Shown here piece by piece: positions 24,456 to 33,052 of a DNA stretch of 35,723 nt. The notes under the pieces are model-generated. The model worked only from the letters and a program-made list of their open reading frames with translations. It did no database searches and was not told where the DNA came from. Within the stretch, counting starts at the first letter, position 1. Every line of letters begins with the position of its first letter. Both the position numbers and the translations under genes were made by a program. This stretch comes from Candidatus Woesearchaeota archaeon (GTDB lineage: Archaea; Nanobdellota; Nanobdellia; Woesearchaeales; GW2011-AR4), in the NCBI GenBank assembly GCA_018303645.1, contig JAGVXR010000056.1, positions 1-35,723 on the forward strand, read 5' to 3'.

Positions 24456-27400
24456 TTGGTTAATGCTAACTTATTTAGCAATTCTTCTTGGCTTGATAAT
24501 AATTTAACAAATGCGCAATATGGCACATTTAGTACAGTTGCTTTCGGAGACATAGACAATGACGGCAATAAGGATTTTGTATTAAGCGGTTGTAGGAGTG
24601 GGGGGCTATCTGGTTGTTCCGCCTCAGACGCCGAGCCAACTAGAGTTTATTTAAACAATGGAACTGCTTTGAATTTTAGTGCTGTATGGTCTCAAAATCT
24701 TTCTGCGTTAGGTACTGGTTCTGCAGTTTTAGGGGATATAGACAATGATGGTGATTTAGATCTATTATTAGATGGTACTGGTATTTCATTAACTATTTAC
24801 ATTAACAATGAAATAACTTTCACTCAAAACTCTACTTGGGAATCAGGGCCAATCAACGCAAGCGCACATGAATCAGGTTTTAGTATGTTAGGTGACGTAG
24901 ACAATGATGGTGATTTAGATTTGATAACTGCTCCAGTTTTAAATAAAAATGTTTTATTAAACAATGGTTCCACGTTCATAAATAATGTTTCTTGGGGAAA
25001 TGACATTACAGAAATATCAGCCCCGAAAACAGATCTCTTAGATTATGACAATGATGGTGATTTAGATCTTATAACTCTTGGTTTTGGAGGCAGTAACCAA
25101 TTTTTAAATAATGGAACAGCCTTTTCTTTGGACCCTAACTTGAATGGTGGTATTGGTGGCGGCGAAAGACATTCTCAGGTAATTGGAGATATAGACAATG
25201 ACGGCAAAATAGATTATTTAACAGTAAGAGAAGATGCTTCTTGCGGAGAAGGTGTTTTCATTAACTCAGGAGGTTTTTTTATCAAAAATTCCACGTGGGA
25301 GTCTTTTGCTGGTAAGTTTTATAGTGCTATGGTTTTAGGAGATTACGATAATAACGGTTACTTGGATTTAGTTATTAATGGCCAGTGTGGAACAACATCA
25401 AATATATTGTATACAAATAATGGAACCACCTTTAATAATAATCAGACACTCCAATCTACCCAAACAGATACTCAGGTATGGGTTGATGTAAATAAAGATG
25501 GAAAACTTGACTTATTTAGTATGATACCTATAGTGTATATAAACAATTTATCAACTACAAACACTCCACCATCACCATCAACAGTTTTAAATGTAACTTT
25601 TGACAGAGACAAAGATTTAATTAACTTTTCATGGAATGCTGGCTCTGATACAGAAACACCAGCAGCAGGGCTTTATTATAATCTTAAGATTGGAACAAAT
25701 TCTGGTGGGCATGAAATTGTTACGGGAGTTTATGGAAGTATATCCTATAATAGTGTACAAGGTAGTAGAACTTCCGGTTTCTTCGGCAATATGATGCAGA
25801 GAAAAATAATTTTATTAAAAAACACAAGGTTCAGGGAATCAACAACTTATTATTGGTCAGTGCAGACGATAGATACTGGATTGGCTAATGGTTCATGGTC
25901 TGGGGAATACATTTATAATACAACTGCTGACTGGACTGATCCTGTCATAACATTAAACAAGCCAATAGACGTCTTCAATACTTCTAATTTTACTGTAATA
26001 TTTAATGCAACTGTTTACGATATAGTGAATTTAAGCAATGTTTCCTTGTATGGAAACTGGTCAGGAAGCTTTGCTTATAATGGAACTAACAGCTCTGAGG
26101 TAAATAACACAAATTATATTTTTGAAAGAAACCTTACAAGCATAGGAGATGGCACCTATAAATGGTTAATAAATGCATGCGATAATTTAAGCAACTGCGT
26201 TAATACAAGCGCAAGAACATTTACTATAGACACAACTGCTCCTGTTGTCAGCCTAAGCAGCCCTGCAAATGATTCCTGGCAAAATAATCCAAGCATAAAT
26301 TTCCAGTTTACTGCAACAGACTCATTAATACAAGCATGCACTCTTTATGGCGATTTTAACGGAACATTTCAGGCAAACTTAAGCAATAGCTCTATGATTT
26401 CCGGAACGCAAACAACATTTAACCTAAACTTGCAAAACGGAACTTTCCTCTGGAATGTCCTATGCAATGATACAGCAGGAAACAATGCTTTCAACGCAAC
26501 AAACTTTACAATAAATGTAGATACAGAAAAGCCGGCAATAAATATAAATTCTCCTGTAAATAACTTCAACACAAGCAATGTAAATGTAACAATTAACTGG
26601 ACTGTAATAGATAATTTAGACAATAATCTTCAGTGCAACATAACCATAAATGGAACAATAAACCAGAGCAATATTCCATCTGCAAATGGAACGCATACAA
26701 ACATAACAATACCTAACTTTAATGATGGCTTTTACTTCTGGAATGTCTCATGCGCAGACAATGCAACAAATGTTAATGTAAGCATAACAAGAAATTTCAC
26801 TATAGACACTATTTTTCCAAATATAAGCTTAGACTATCCATTAAACAATTCATGGTTAAATACACAGAATACAACCTTTAACTTCACCTTGACAGAAATA
26901 AACCCAAAAAGATGCCTGTTGTTTGCAAACTTTTCTGGGAATTTTGTTGAAAACCAGTCTATCGACCCTATAGATGGAAGAAATAATTTCTCTAAAAAAA
27001 CAATAGCTGACGGGAACTATATCTGGGAAGTTTTTTGCAATGACACCGTAAACCAGGAGAATTCAAGCCAAAATTTTACTTTAAATATTGATACTGTATT
27101 GCCTGCTGTAAGGTTAGAGCATCCTTTGAACAACACCAACTTTTCCTCTAATCCTGTGCAGTTTAACTTTACTGCTACCGAAGCTAATTTAGATTCTTGC
27201 AGCCTGTATTTGAATTCATCAGGATGGCATAAAAACACGACAAAAACAACTATGGTCTCAGGCACTGTGTTTAATATAGCCAATCTTACAATATCGGATG
27301 GCAACTATTTCTGGAATACCGTATGCAATGACTCTGCTGGAAATGAGGCCTTTAATGCGACAAATTTGACTTTTAGCGTAGATACAACAAACCCTGTTGT

Positions 27401-28958
27401 AACTGTCTTATCTCCAAAAAACAGCACAACTATAGCCACTTCCAATGTTGTTGCGCAAGCTTCCTTCTCTGATCAAAATGCTGTAAACTGCCAGGCAAGG
27501 ATTGATTCAGGGGCAGTGCAGGAAATGAGTGGGGATGGAACAACAGCAGGAACAGCCTCCTTTACCTTTACAAGCCAGAGTGATGCTGAGCATACTATAA
27601 ATATTAATTGTACTGACACCTCTGCAGCAAAATTCTCCACAATAAAAAACACAACATTTACAGTAGATTCGACTATAACAGATACTTCAAAGCCGAACCT
27701 TACCATAGAATTCCCTAAAAACAGCTCTATAATAACCTCTTCTCCGGTTAATTTTGAATTAAATTATACAGATGAAAATAATGTTAACTGCAAATTGATT
27801 AATGGAACTTCCATATATGATTTTGGCAATGACAACGCAACATCAGGAACTGCAAACCTGACTTTAAATTTGCCGGATGCAAACCATACTGTAAAGGCAA
27901 ACTGCACTGACACTTCCTCAAACCAGAACAACATAACCTTAAGCACCTGGAACTTCTATTTGGACAAAACCTATCCAGTTGTAAGCCTGATAAGCCCTGC
28001 AAACAACACAAGGCAGACATCAAGCTCAACAGTAACATTTTCCTATAATGTTACAGATTTGGGAATTAAGAACTGCTCTTTGGTTATAGATGGAATTGTT
28101 AATTTAACAGGCACTTCAATAGCTGTTGATAGTCCCCAATCTTTTAGTAAGTCTTTGGCTAATAATAACTACAACTGGAGCGTTAGCTGCGCTGATAATG
28201 CAGGCTTGACAAACAGCAGCACAGTCTTCAATTTAACTGTTAGCTTTACAGAAAGCAGCGGAAGCTCTGGAAGCTCTGGCGGTGGAGGCGGTGGTGGTGG
28301 AGGGGGAGGCGGCGGAGCAGCTGCCACAACAGCAGCAGGGGTAAGCAAAACTCAGGTATGGCAGACATTGCCTGAAGGAAAAACTACAATGAAAGTCAAT
28401 AAGGAGGAAATAAGCATAGATGAGATAGAGATTAATGTGAAAAATCCTGCCAATAATGTTGAGATTAGCGTAACAAAGCTTGATGAAAAGCCCGTTGTTG
28501 CAAGCGAAATAGAAGGAAAAATTTACCAGTACATACAAATTAATAAGAAAAACATCAAAGATGAGGATATAAGTAATGCAGTAATTAATTTTAAAGTGGA
28601 AAAAATATGGCTGATTGACAACAATGCTGATGAAGATGGTGTTGTTTTAAGCCGCTTTACAACTTTCTGGGAAGAGCTAAGCACAGCTAAAATTAATTCA
28701 GATGCAAAATATACCCATTATAAGGCACAAACCCCTTCATTCTCATATTTTGCTGTATCTATTAAAGAGAAAATAATCCAAGAAGCTGAAAATATAACAA
28801 TAAGTGAGATTATAAATACCACAGAGCCGGAAGCAAATATAATAGAAGAAGTTCAAGAAGAAATGCCAAAGAAAGATTATAATTCTTTAATTACAATAGC
28901 TGTTATTTTTGTTTTGGTTATTTTAGTTGTTTTTTTCTATCGTAAGAAGAAAAGTTAA
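24456..28958 (+). CDS. Giant (about 1500 aa) N-glycosylation-sequon-rich surface protein: FG-GAP beta-propeller, FN3-like domain, 8 Ig-like repeats, Gly13 linker, PGF-pre-PGF-like domain and C-terminal TM anchor
   Basis: A single uninterrupted ORF. The annotated start is a TTG; see the findings for an upstream in-frame signal-peptide-like extension with no canonical start. The C-terminus is LITIAVIFVLVILVVFFY (28887-28940) followed by RKKKS. Confidence 0.85.
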   Translation: MVNANLFSNSSWLDNNLTNAQYGTFSTVAFGDIDNDGNKDFVLSGCRSGGLSGCSASDAEPTRVYLNNGTALNFSAVWSQNLSALGTGSAVLGDIDNDGDLDLLLDGTGISLTIYINNEITFTQNSTWESGPINASAHESGFSMLGDVDNDGDLDLITAPVLNKNVLLNNGSTFINNVSWGNDITEISAPKTDLLDYDNDGDLDLITLGFGGSNQFLNNGTAFSLDPNLNGGIGGGERHSQVIGDIDNDGKIDYLTVREDASCGEGVFINSGGFFIKNSTWESFAGKFYSAMVLGDYDNNGYLDLVINGQCGTTSNILYTNNGTTFNNNQTLQSTQTDTQVWVDVNKDGKLDLFSMIPIVYINNLSTTNTPPSPSTVLNVTFDRDKDLINFSWNAGSDTETPAAGLYYNLKIGTNSGGHEIVTGVYGSISYNSVQGSRTSGFFGNMMQRKIILLKNTRFRESTTYYWSVQTIDTGLANGSWSGEYIYNTTADWTDPVITLNKPIDVFNTSNFTVIFNATVYDIVNLSNVSLYGNWSGSFAYNGTNSSEVNNTNYIFERNLTSIGDGTYKWLINACDNLSNCVNTSARTFTIDTTAPVVSLSSPANDSWQNNPSINFQFTATDSLIQACTLYGDFNGTFQANLSNSSMISGTQTTFNLNLQNGTFLWNVLCNDTAGNNAFNATNFTINVDTEKPAININSPVNNFNTSNVNVTINWTVIDNLDNNLQCNITINGTINQSNIPSANGTHTNITIPNFNDGFYFWNVSCADNATNVNVSITRNFTIDTIFPNISLDYPLNNSWLNTQNTTFNFTLTEINPKRCLLFANFSGNFVENQSIDPIDGRNNFSKKTIADGNYIWEVFCNDTVNQENSSQNFTLNIDTVLPAVRLEHPLNNTNFSSNPVQFNFTATEANLDSCSLYLNSSGWHKNTTKTTMVSGTVFNIANLTISDGNYFWNTVCNDSAGNEAFNATNLTFSVDTTNPVVTVLSPKNSTTIATSNVVAQASFSDQNAVNCQARIDSGAVQEMSGDGTTAGTASFTFTSQSDAEHTININCTDTSAAKFSTIKNTTFTVDSTITDTSKPNLTIEFPKNSSIITSSPVNFELNYTDENNVNCKLINGTSIYDFGNDNATSGTANLTLNLPDANHTVKANCTDTSSNQNNITLSTWNFYLDKTYPVVSLISPANNTRQTSSSTVTFSYNVTDLGIKNCSLVIDGIVNLTGTSIAVDSPQSFSKSLANNNYNWSVSCADNAGLTNSSTVFNLTVSFTESSGSSGSSGGGGGGGGGGGGGAAATTAAGVSKTQVWQTLPEGKTTMKVNKEEISIDEIEINVKNPANNVEISVTKLDEKPVVASEIEGKIYQYIQINKKNIKDEDISNAVINFKVEKIWLIDNNADEDGVVLSRFTTFWEELSTAKINSDAKYTHYKAQTPSFSYFAVSIKEKIIQEAENITISEIINTTEPEANIIEEVQEEMPKKDYNSLITIAVIFVLVILVVFFYRKKKS
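24513..25545 (+). repeat. Seven FG-GAP/VCBS-type Ca-binding repeats (integrin-alpha-like seven-blade propeller)
   Basis: The seven motifs are FGDIDNDGNKDFVL, LGDIDNDGDLDLLL, LGDVDNDGDLDLIT, LLDYDNDGDLDLIT, IGDIDNDGKIDYLT, LGDYDNNGYLDLVI and WVDVNKDGKLDLFS, spaced about 45-60 aa apart. Three share an identical 21-nt DNA core, GACAATGATGGTGATTTAGAT (24741, 24900, 25047). Confidence 0.75.
25929..28250 (+). repeat. Eight tandem 91-105-aa Ig-like repeats, each with two conserved Cys
   Basis: Repeat boundaries, set at the recurring ..(I/V)DT..P|.(V/I).L.SP.N junction, are 25929, 26244, 26535, 26820, 27105, 27396, 27696, 27978 and 28250. The conserved skeleton is SP.N....(N)..F.F...D.....C.L.......(about 25)....L.DG.Y.W.V.C.D.AGN...S....F..D. 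Repeats 6-7 form a divergent subtype. The DNA copies are diverged. Confidence 0.75.
28341..28760 (+). other. PGF-pre-PGF-like domain of the giant protein
   Basis: NVEISVTKLDEKPVVASEIEGKIYQYIQINKKNI.DEDISNAVINFKVEKIWL.DNNADEDGVVLSRFTTFWEELSTAKINSDAKYTHYKAQTPSFSYFAVS matches the archaeal pre-PGF pattern as I recall it (...kP......g.vy.y..i......i..a.i.FkV.ksWl.....d...v.L.R....W.eL.T......d.y..Y.A.tpgFS.FAi). No PGF-CTERM sorting signal follows it. Confidence 0.6.
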
Positions 28959-29018
28959 TATGCTGACAGATAAAAATGCTTATGGCCTTAAAAGAATTAA
29001 CATATATTTCTAAACCAT

Positions 29019-29034
29019 ATAATTTATAAATTCC
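29019..29034 (+). promoter_or_regulatory. Candidate TATA box for the 29062-31873 operon
   Basis: The element ataatttataaattcc ends about 28 nt upstream of the ATG at 29062. Confidence 0.35.
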
Positions 29035-29061
29035 CCTCTGTTTTCCTGCCTTATAATCAAA

Positions 29062-30054
29062 ATGGATAAGCTTAAGGTTGCGGTTATAGGGACGGGGGCA
29101 ATGGGGAGAAGCCATGCCAGGATTTATTCTGACATGCCTAATATAGAGTTAGTTGGTGTTTGTGATAATGATCAAAAAATAGCCGGTGAAATGGCTAAAA
29201 AATACAATACAAGGGCATTTACAGATTATAATGAAATTAATCAAAACTTAGATGCTGTTTCGGTCTGCGTGCCTACAAAGCTGCATAAGGATGTTGCTTT
29301 GTTCTTCATTAAAAAAGAAATAAATGTAATTGTTGAAAAGCCTATTGCAATCAACATAGAAGAAGCCCAAAAGCTTATAGAAGCGGCTAAAGAAAGCAAT
29401 GTCAAGTTAATGGTAGGCCATGTAGAAAGGTTCAATCCAGTAGTCGCTGAAATCAAAAAAAGGATAGACAACAACGAACTTGGAAAAATATACAGCATAA
29501 CTGCAAATAGGTTCAGCCCGTTTCCTCACAGGGTCATAGATGTCGGCGTTACAACAGATTTGGCTGTACACGACATAGATATTATAATGCACCTCAATAA
29601 GGCAAAAATAAAAAGAATCTATGCAGAGACCGGGCAAAGGATACATGCAAGCCGCGAAGATATACTTAATGCCATTATAAAATTTGAGAATAATGTAACT
29701 GGAATAATAAACACAAATTGGCTTACTCCCAAAAAGGTAAGGGAGATTTATATTACGGGAGAAAAAGGCATGTTTGTCGCAAAATACTTAACCCAAGAAT
29801 TATACCTCTACAAAAATGAATTTGCCGAAAAAGACCTTGATTATTCCAAAGGCATTACTAGTGTTATCGAGGGGGATATGGTAAAAATAAAAATAAACAA
29901 CAAGGAGCCTTTGCTTGCAGAGCTTCAGGAATTTGCAAATTGCATAATTGAGGATAGAGCTCCTGCGGTAGATGGCGAGGACGGGCTTAGAGCGCTGGAA
30001 ATAGCGTCAAAAATGCTCGAGGCAGCAAAAACAAATAAGGTGGTGTTTTTATGA
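29062..30054 (+). CDS. Gfo/Idh/MocA-family NAD-dependent oxidoreductase (WbpB-like UDP-sugar 3-dehydrogenase candidate)
   Basis: 330 aa. KVAVIGTGAMGRSHARIY, VGVCD, and VEKPIA (the EKP motif). The C-terminal alpha/beta domain has the family's typical length. Confidence 0.8.
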   Translation: MDKLKVAVIGTGAMGRSHARIYSDMPNIELVGVCDNDQKIAGEMAKKYNTRAFTDYNEINQNLDAVSVCVPTKLHKDVALFFIKKEINVIVEKPIAINIEEAQKLIEAAKESNVKLMVGHVERFNPVVAEIKKRIDNNELGKIYSITANRFSPFPHRVIDVGVTTDLAVHDIDIIMHLNKAKIKRIYAETGQRIHASREDILNAIIKFENNVTGIINTNWLTPKKVREIYITGEKGMFVAKYLTQELYLYKNEFAEKDLDYSKGITSVIEGDMVKIKINNKEPLLAELQEFANCIIEDRAPAVDGEDGLRALEIASKMLEAAKTNKVVFL

Positions 30055-30800
30055 AGAATGTCTTGGTAATAGGATTGGGGGAGGTAGGAAATGCCTTGTG
30101 CCAGGTAATAGAAGATTCTGGGAATTACAAGCTATTCAAGAAGGACATAGAAGACATCAGGATACGTGAAGAAATAGATATTATGCATGTATGCATTCCT
30201 TATATGGACGATTTTGTTAAGGTAGCTGCCAATTACATTAAAGAATACAATCCCAAGCTTGTTGTAATAAATTCAACAGTGAGGCCGGGCACTACAAAAT
30301 CAATTTACGATAAAACTAAAAAAAATATGGTTCACTCTCCTGTAAGGGGCAAGCACCCTAAAATAAAAGAGGGCTTGCTGCTTTTTGTCAAGTTTATAGG
30401 ACCTATAGACAAAAAATCAGGAGAAGATGCAAAAGAGCACTTTGAGTCATTGGGGATGAAGACAGAGGTTATGAAATCACCTATGGAAACAGAGCTTGGC
30501 AAGCTTTTTGGCACAACATACTATGGCCTGTGCATAGCCTACCACCAAGAAATGGAAAGGATATGCAAAAAATTCAATGCGGATTTTAAGCAGGCAGTGA
30601 CAAGGTTCAATGAAACATACAACAATGGCTGTAAAATAGCAAACCCCAATGTCGTAAGGCCTGTACTATACCCTGGATTCATAGGGGGGCATTGCGTCAT
30701 GCCAAACATAGGGCTGCTAAAAAAAGATGCCAAATCAGACTTTCTTGACTCCATAGAAAAATCCAATGAGTTAAAGGGAAAGGAACTAGGAAAAAAATGA
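30051..30800 (+). CDS. Stand-alone truncated UDP-glucose/GDP-mannose-dehydrogenase-family protein (NAD-binding + central domain, catalytic Cys retained, no UDP-binding C-terminal domain)
   Basis: 249 aa. VLVIGLGEVGNAL, NSTVRPGTT, HSPVRG, ETELGKLFGTTYYGLCIAYHQEMERICKKF, YPGFIGGHCVMPN. The ORF ends about 35 aa after the GGHC motif. ATGA overlaps occur at both ends (30051-30054 and 30797-30800). Confidence 0.6.
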   Translation: MKNVLVIGLGEVGNALCQVIEDSGNYKLFKKDIEDIRIREEIDIMHVCIPYMDDFVKVAANYIKEYNPKLVVINSTVRPGTTKSIYDKTKKNMVHSPVRGKHPKIKEGLLLFVKFIGPIDKKSGEDAKEHFESLGMKTEVMKSPMETELGKLFGTTYYGLCIAYHQEMERICKKFNADFKQAVTRFNETYNNGCKIANPNVVRPVLYPGFIGGHCVMPNIGLLKKDAKSDFLDSIEKSNELKGKELGKK

Positions 30801-31873
30801 AGATTCTTAGTGTTGTCGGTACAAGACCGCAGTTTATCAAGCTGGCTGTTTTATCGCGTGAAATAAGGAAGCGCTTTGATGAAGTCATAGTCCACACCGG
30901 GCAGCATTACGACTATGACATGTCCAGAATTTTTTTTAAGAATATGGAGATACCAGAGCCTGATTATAATCTCGGTGTTGGCTCTGCAGAGCGCGACAAA
31001 CAGATTAAGAAGATGGCAGAGGGAATGGAAAAGATTTTTATGGATGAAAAGCCTGATTTGGTTGTTGTTTTTGGAGACACAAACTCGACTTTGGCAGGAG
31101 CAATGGCAGCATCAAAATTTGGAATTCAGCTTGCCCATGTGGAAGCCGGAATGAGGAGCTTTGACAAAACCATGCCTGAAGAGGTTAACAGGATAAAGAC
31201 TGATAAGATTTCTGACATACTGTTCTGCCCTACAGGCATAGCTGTCAAAAATTTAAAAAAAGAAGGCATTATAAAAAATGTCTTTAAAGTCGGGGATGTT
31301 ATGATAGACTCTATAAAGCTGAATATCGGCATTGCTGAAAAAAATTCTAGGATCCTAGGGCAATTAAAGCTAAAAAAAAAATCCTATTTGCTTGCAACAG
31401 CGCATCGTGCAGGAAATACAGACACTAAAGCGAATTTATCAAATATAATGGATGCTTTGATTAGCATCAACGAAAAAATTGTTTTTCCGGTTCACCCCAG
31501 AACGGCAAAATATCTCAAGCTGTATAATTTGGACAAAAAAGTTAAAAATTCAAATATAATTGAAACAAAGCCGTTAAGCTATGCTGATATGTTGATTCTT
31601 GAGAAAAACGCCAAAAAAATACTGACTGATTCAGGAGGAATGCAGAAAGAGGCATATTTTTTCAAAGTCCCGTGCATCACTCTTAGGGATTCAACAGAGT
31701 GGACAGAAACCGTGAATGACGGCTGGAACATTCTTGCAGGGGCAAATAAGCCAAAAATACTGGATGCAATAAAAAACTTCAATCCAAAAGGAAAGCAGAG
31801 CGAGCATTATGGCGATGGAAACGCAAGCAGGAATATTGCAAGTATAATAAACAAGGCATTAATCTCCAGCTAA
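30797..31873 (+). CDS. wecB: UDP-N-acetylglucosamine 2-epimerase (non-hydrolysing)
   Basis: 358 aa. MKILSVVGTRPQFIKLA, HTGQHYDYDMS, VFGDTNSTLAGA, HVEAG.RS, TDSGG.QKEA. Confidence 0.88.
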   Translation: MKILSVVGTRPQFIKLAVLSREIRKRFDEVIVHTGQHYDYDMSRIFFKNMEIPEPDYNLGVGSAERDKQIKKMAEGMEKIFMDEKPDLVVVFGDTNSTLAGAMAASKFGIQLAHVEAGMRSFDKTMPEEVNRIKTDKISDILFCPTGIAVKNLKKEGIIKNVFKVGDVMIDSIKLNIGIAEKNSRILGQLKLKKKSYLLATAHRAGNTDTKANLSNIMDALISINEKIVFPVHPRTAKYLKLYNLDKKVKNSNIIETKPLSYADMLILEKNAKKILTDSGGMQKEAYFFKVPCITLRDSTEWTETVNDGWNILAGANKPKILDAIKNFNPKGKQSEHYGDGNASRNIASIINKALISS

Positions 31874-33052
31874 ATCTATGAAACGCTTTGCGATCGTATC
31901 ATAGCTGTAATGTTTTTTGATTGTAGAAATGGAATTTTTTGCCATGCTTACTCTTAATTTTTTATTTCCAATGAGCTTTTCCAATGCCTCTTTAAGCTTT
32001 TCCTTGTTGTGCTGTGGAAATTTCAGTCCATTATTATAGCCCACTAAATGGCTCAATTGCAAATCCACCATTGTGATTGGAAGCCTGCACGCCATTGCCT
32101 CCATAATGCTTACAGAATTGTTTCCTGGCCACACTCCAATATCGGCTGCAGAAAAATAATACTTAACATCATTTCTTCTTACAAACCCAGTAAATATTGT
32201 TTTATCTTCAATTCCAAGCTTTTTGCTTAAATTCTTCAGCTCCTGCATATAAAGATTATCTCCGCTGCCAACTATAAGCAACTTTATGTTTTCATTTTTT
32301 ATTTCGGATAAGGCTTCCAGCAGCAATTCTATGTTTTTTCGCCTTACTATTGTCCCGGAAAAAATTAAGGCGATATCAGTTTCTTTTATGTTGAATTTTT
32401 TCCTTAAATCAATTCTTGCTTTATTATCAAACTTAAAAAAATCGGTGTCAACAGCCAAAGGTATTACTGAAATATTTTTTGGCTCTATTTTATGGGTTTT
32501 TATTAAGAACTCTTTTGTTTCTTTGGTTACTGCAATAATTCTGTCTGCGTTGCTTAGGCTATAATCCACAATAAACTTCCTAAACAAAGAATAATCCAAA
32601 AACCTAAAAAGCTTCTTCCGCCAATGGTGGTTGGGAATTTTGTGATAGAAGTCATGCTGGTCAACAACAAGATTATAGTTAAATAAGCTTTTATAGTAAG
32701 CGGCTAATGCCGGCAAGCCCTGCCTGCTCTCATGAGCAAAAACTATATCCGGCTTTATCTTAGCTAGTGTCTGCTTTAAGCCATTAACCAGAATAAAATC
32801 AGAGTACTCAAAAAAACATTTTAGTCTGTAAACTTTAATGCCGTCAACAATAGAAAAGCCAAACTTCCTCTTTCTTGAAGCATCCTTGGCTCCGGCTTCC
32901 TTCAGCATTGTTTCTATGTTTGGGAAAGGGTACAACATATCGGATGCTATGACATATACATCATGCCCCATTTCCTTGTGTTTCTTTGCCAGATAGTACT
33001 CCTGATAGCCAAGCTCAGGCACAAAATAGCCCATTAAATGCACGATTTTCAT
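31859..33052 (-). CDS. Family 4 glycosyltransferase
   Basis: 397 aa. MKIVHLMGYF..ELGYQEYYLAK, LIFSGTIVRRKNIELLLEA, LLIVGSGD, and a GT4 E-x7-E-like region in SIMEAMACRLPI. Confidence 0.8.
   Translation of the reverse strand: MKIVHLMGYFVPELGYQEYYLAKKHKEMGHDVYVIASDMLYPFPNIETMLKEAGAKDASRKRKFGFSIVDGIKVYRLKCFFEYSDFILVNGLKQTLAKIKPDIVFAHESRQGLPALAAYYKSLFNYNLVVDQHDFYHKIPNHHWRKKLFRFLDYSLFRKFIVDYSLSNADRIIAVTKETKEFLIKTHKIEPKNISVIPLAVDTDFFKFDNKARIDLRKKFNIKETDIALIFSGTIVRRKNIELLLEALSEIKNENIKLLIVGSGDNLYMQELKNLSKKLGIEDKTIFTGFVRRNDVKYYFSAADIGVWPGNNSVSIMEAMACRLPITMVDLQLSHLVGYNNGLKFPQHNKEKLKEALEKLIGNKKLRVSMAKNSISTIKKHYSYDTIAKRFIDLAGD

Noticed and set aside
25929-28250. The eight Ig-like repeats as a DNA-level tandem repeat array or recombination cassette.
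   Set aside because: The repeats are conserved at the protein-skeleton level only. By eye the nucleotide copies are well diverged, with different lengths (273-315 nt), so this is an old domain array rather than an active DNA repeat.
28251-28340. The GC-rich island encoding ESSGSSGSS-G13-AAATTAAG, considered as an assembly artefact, simple-sequence repeat or slippage-prone tract.
   Set aside because: The 13 Gly codons are a mix of ggc/ggt/gga/ggg rather than a pure repeat, and the frame is maintained. It sits exactly at a domain boundary between the Ig-repeat stalk and the pre-PGF-like domain. It therefore reads as a genuine flexible hinge and is of little further interest.
28887-28958. A PGF-CTERM/archaeosortase sorting signal at the end of the giant protein, expected after a pre-PGF domain.
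   Set aside because: There is no PGF tripeptide before the TM helix. The helix is separated from the pre-PGF-like domain by an acidic spacer of about 40 aa and is followed by RKKKS. That points to a plain TM anchor, not an ArtA substrate.
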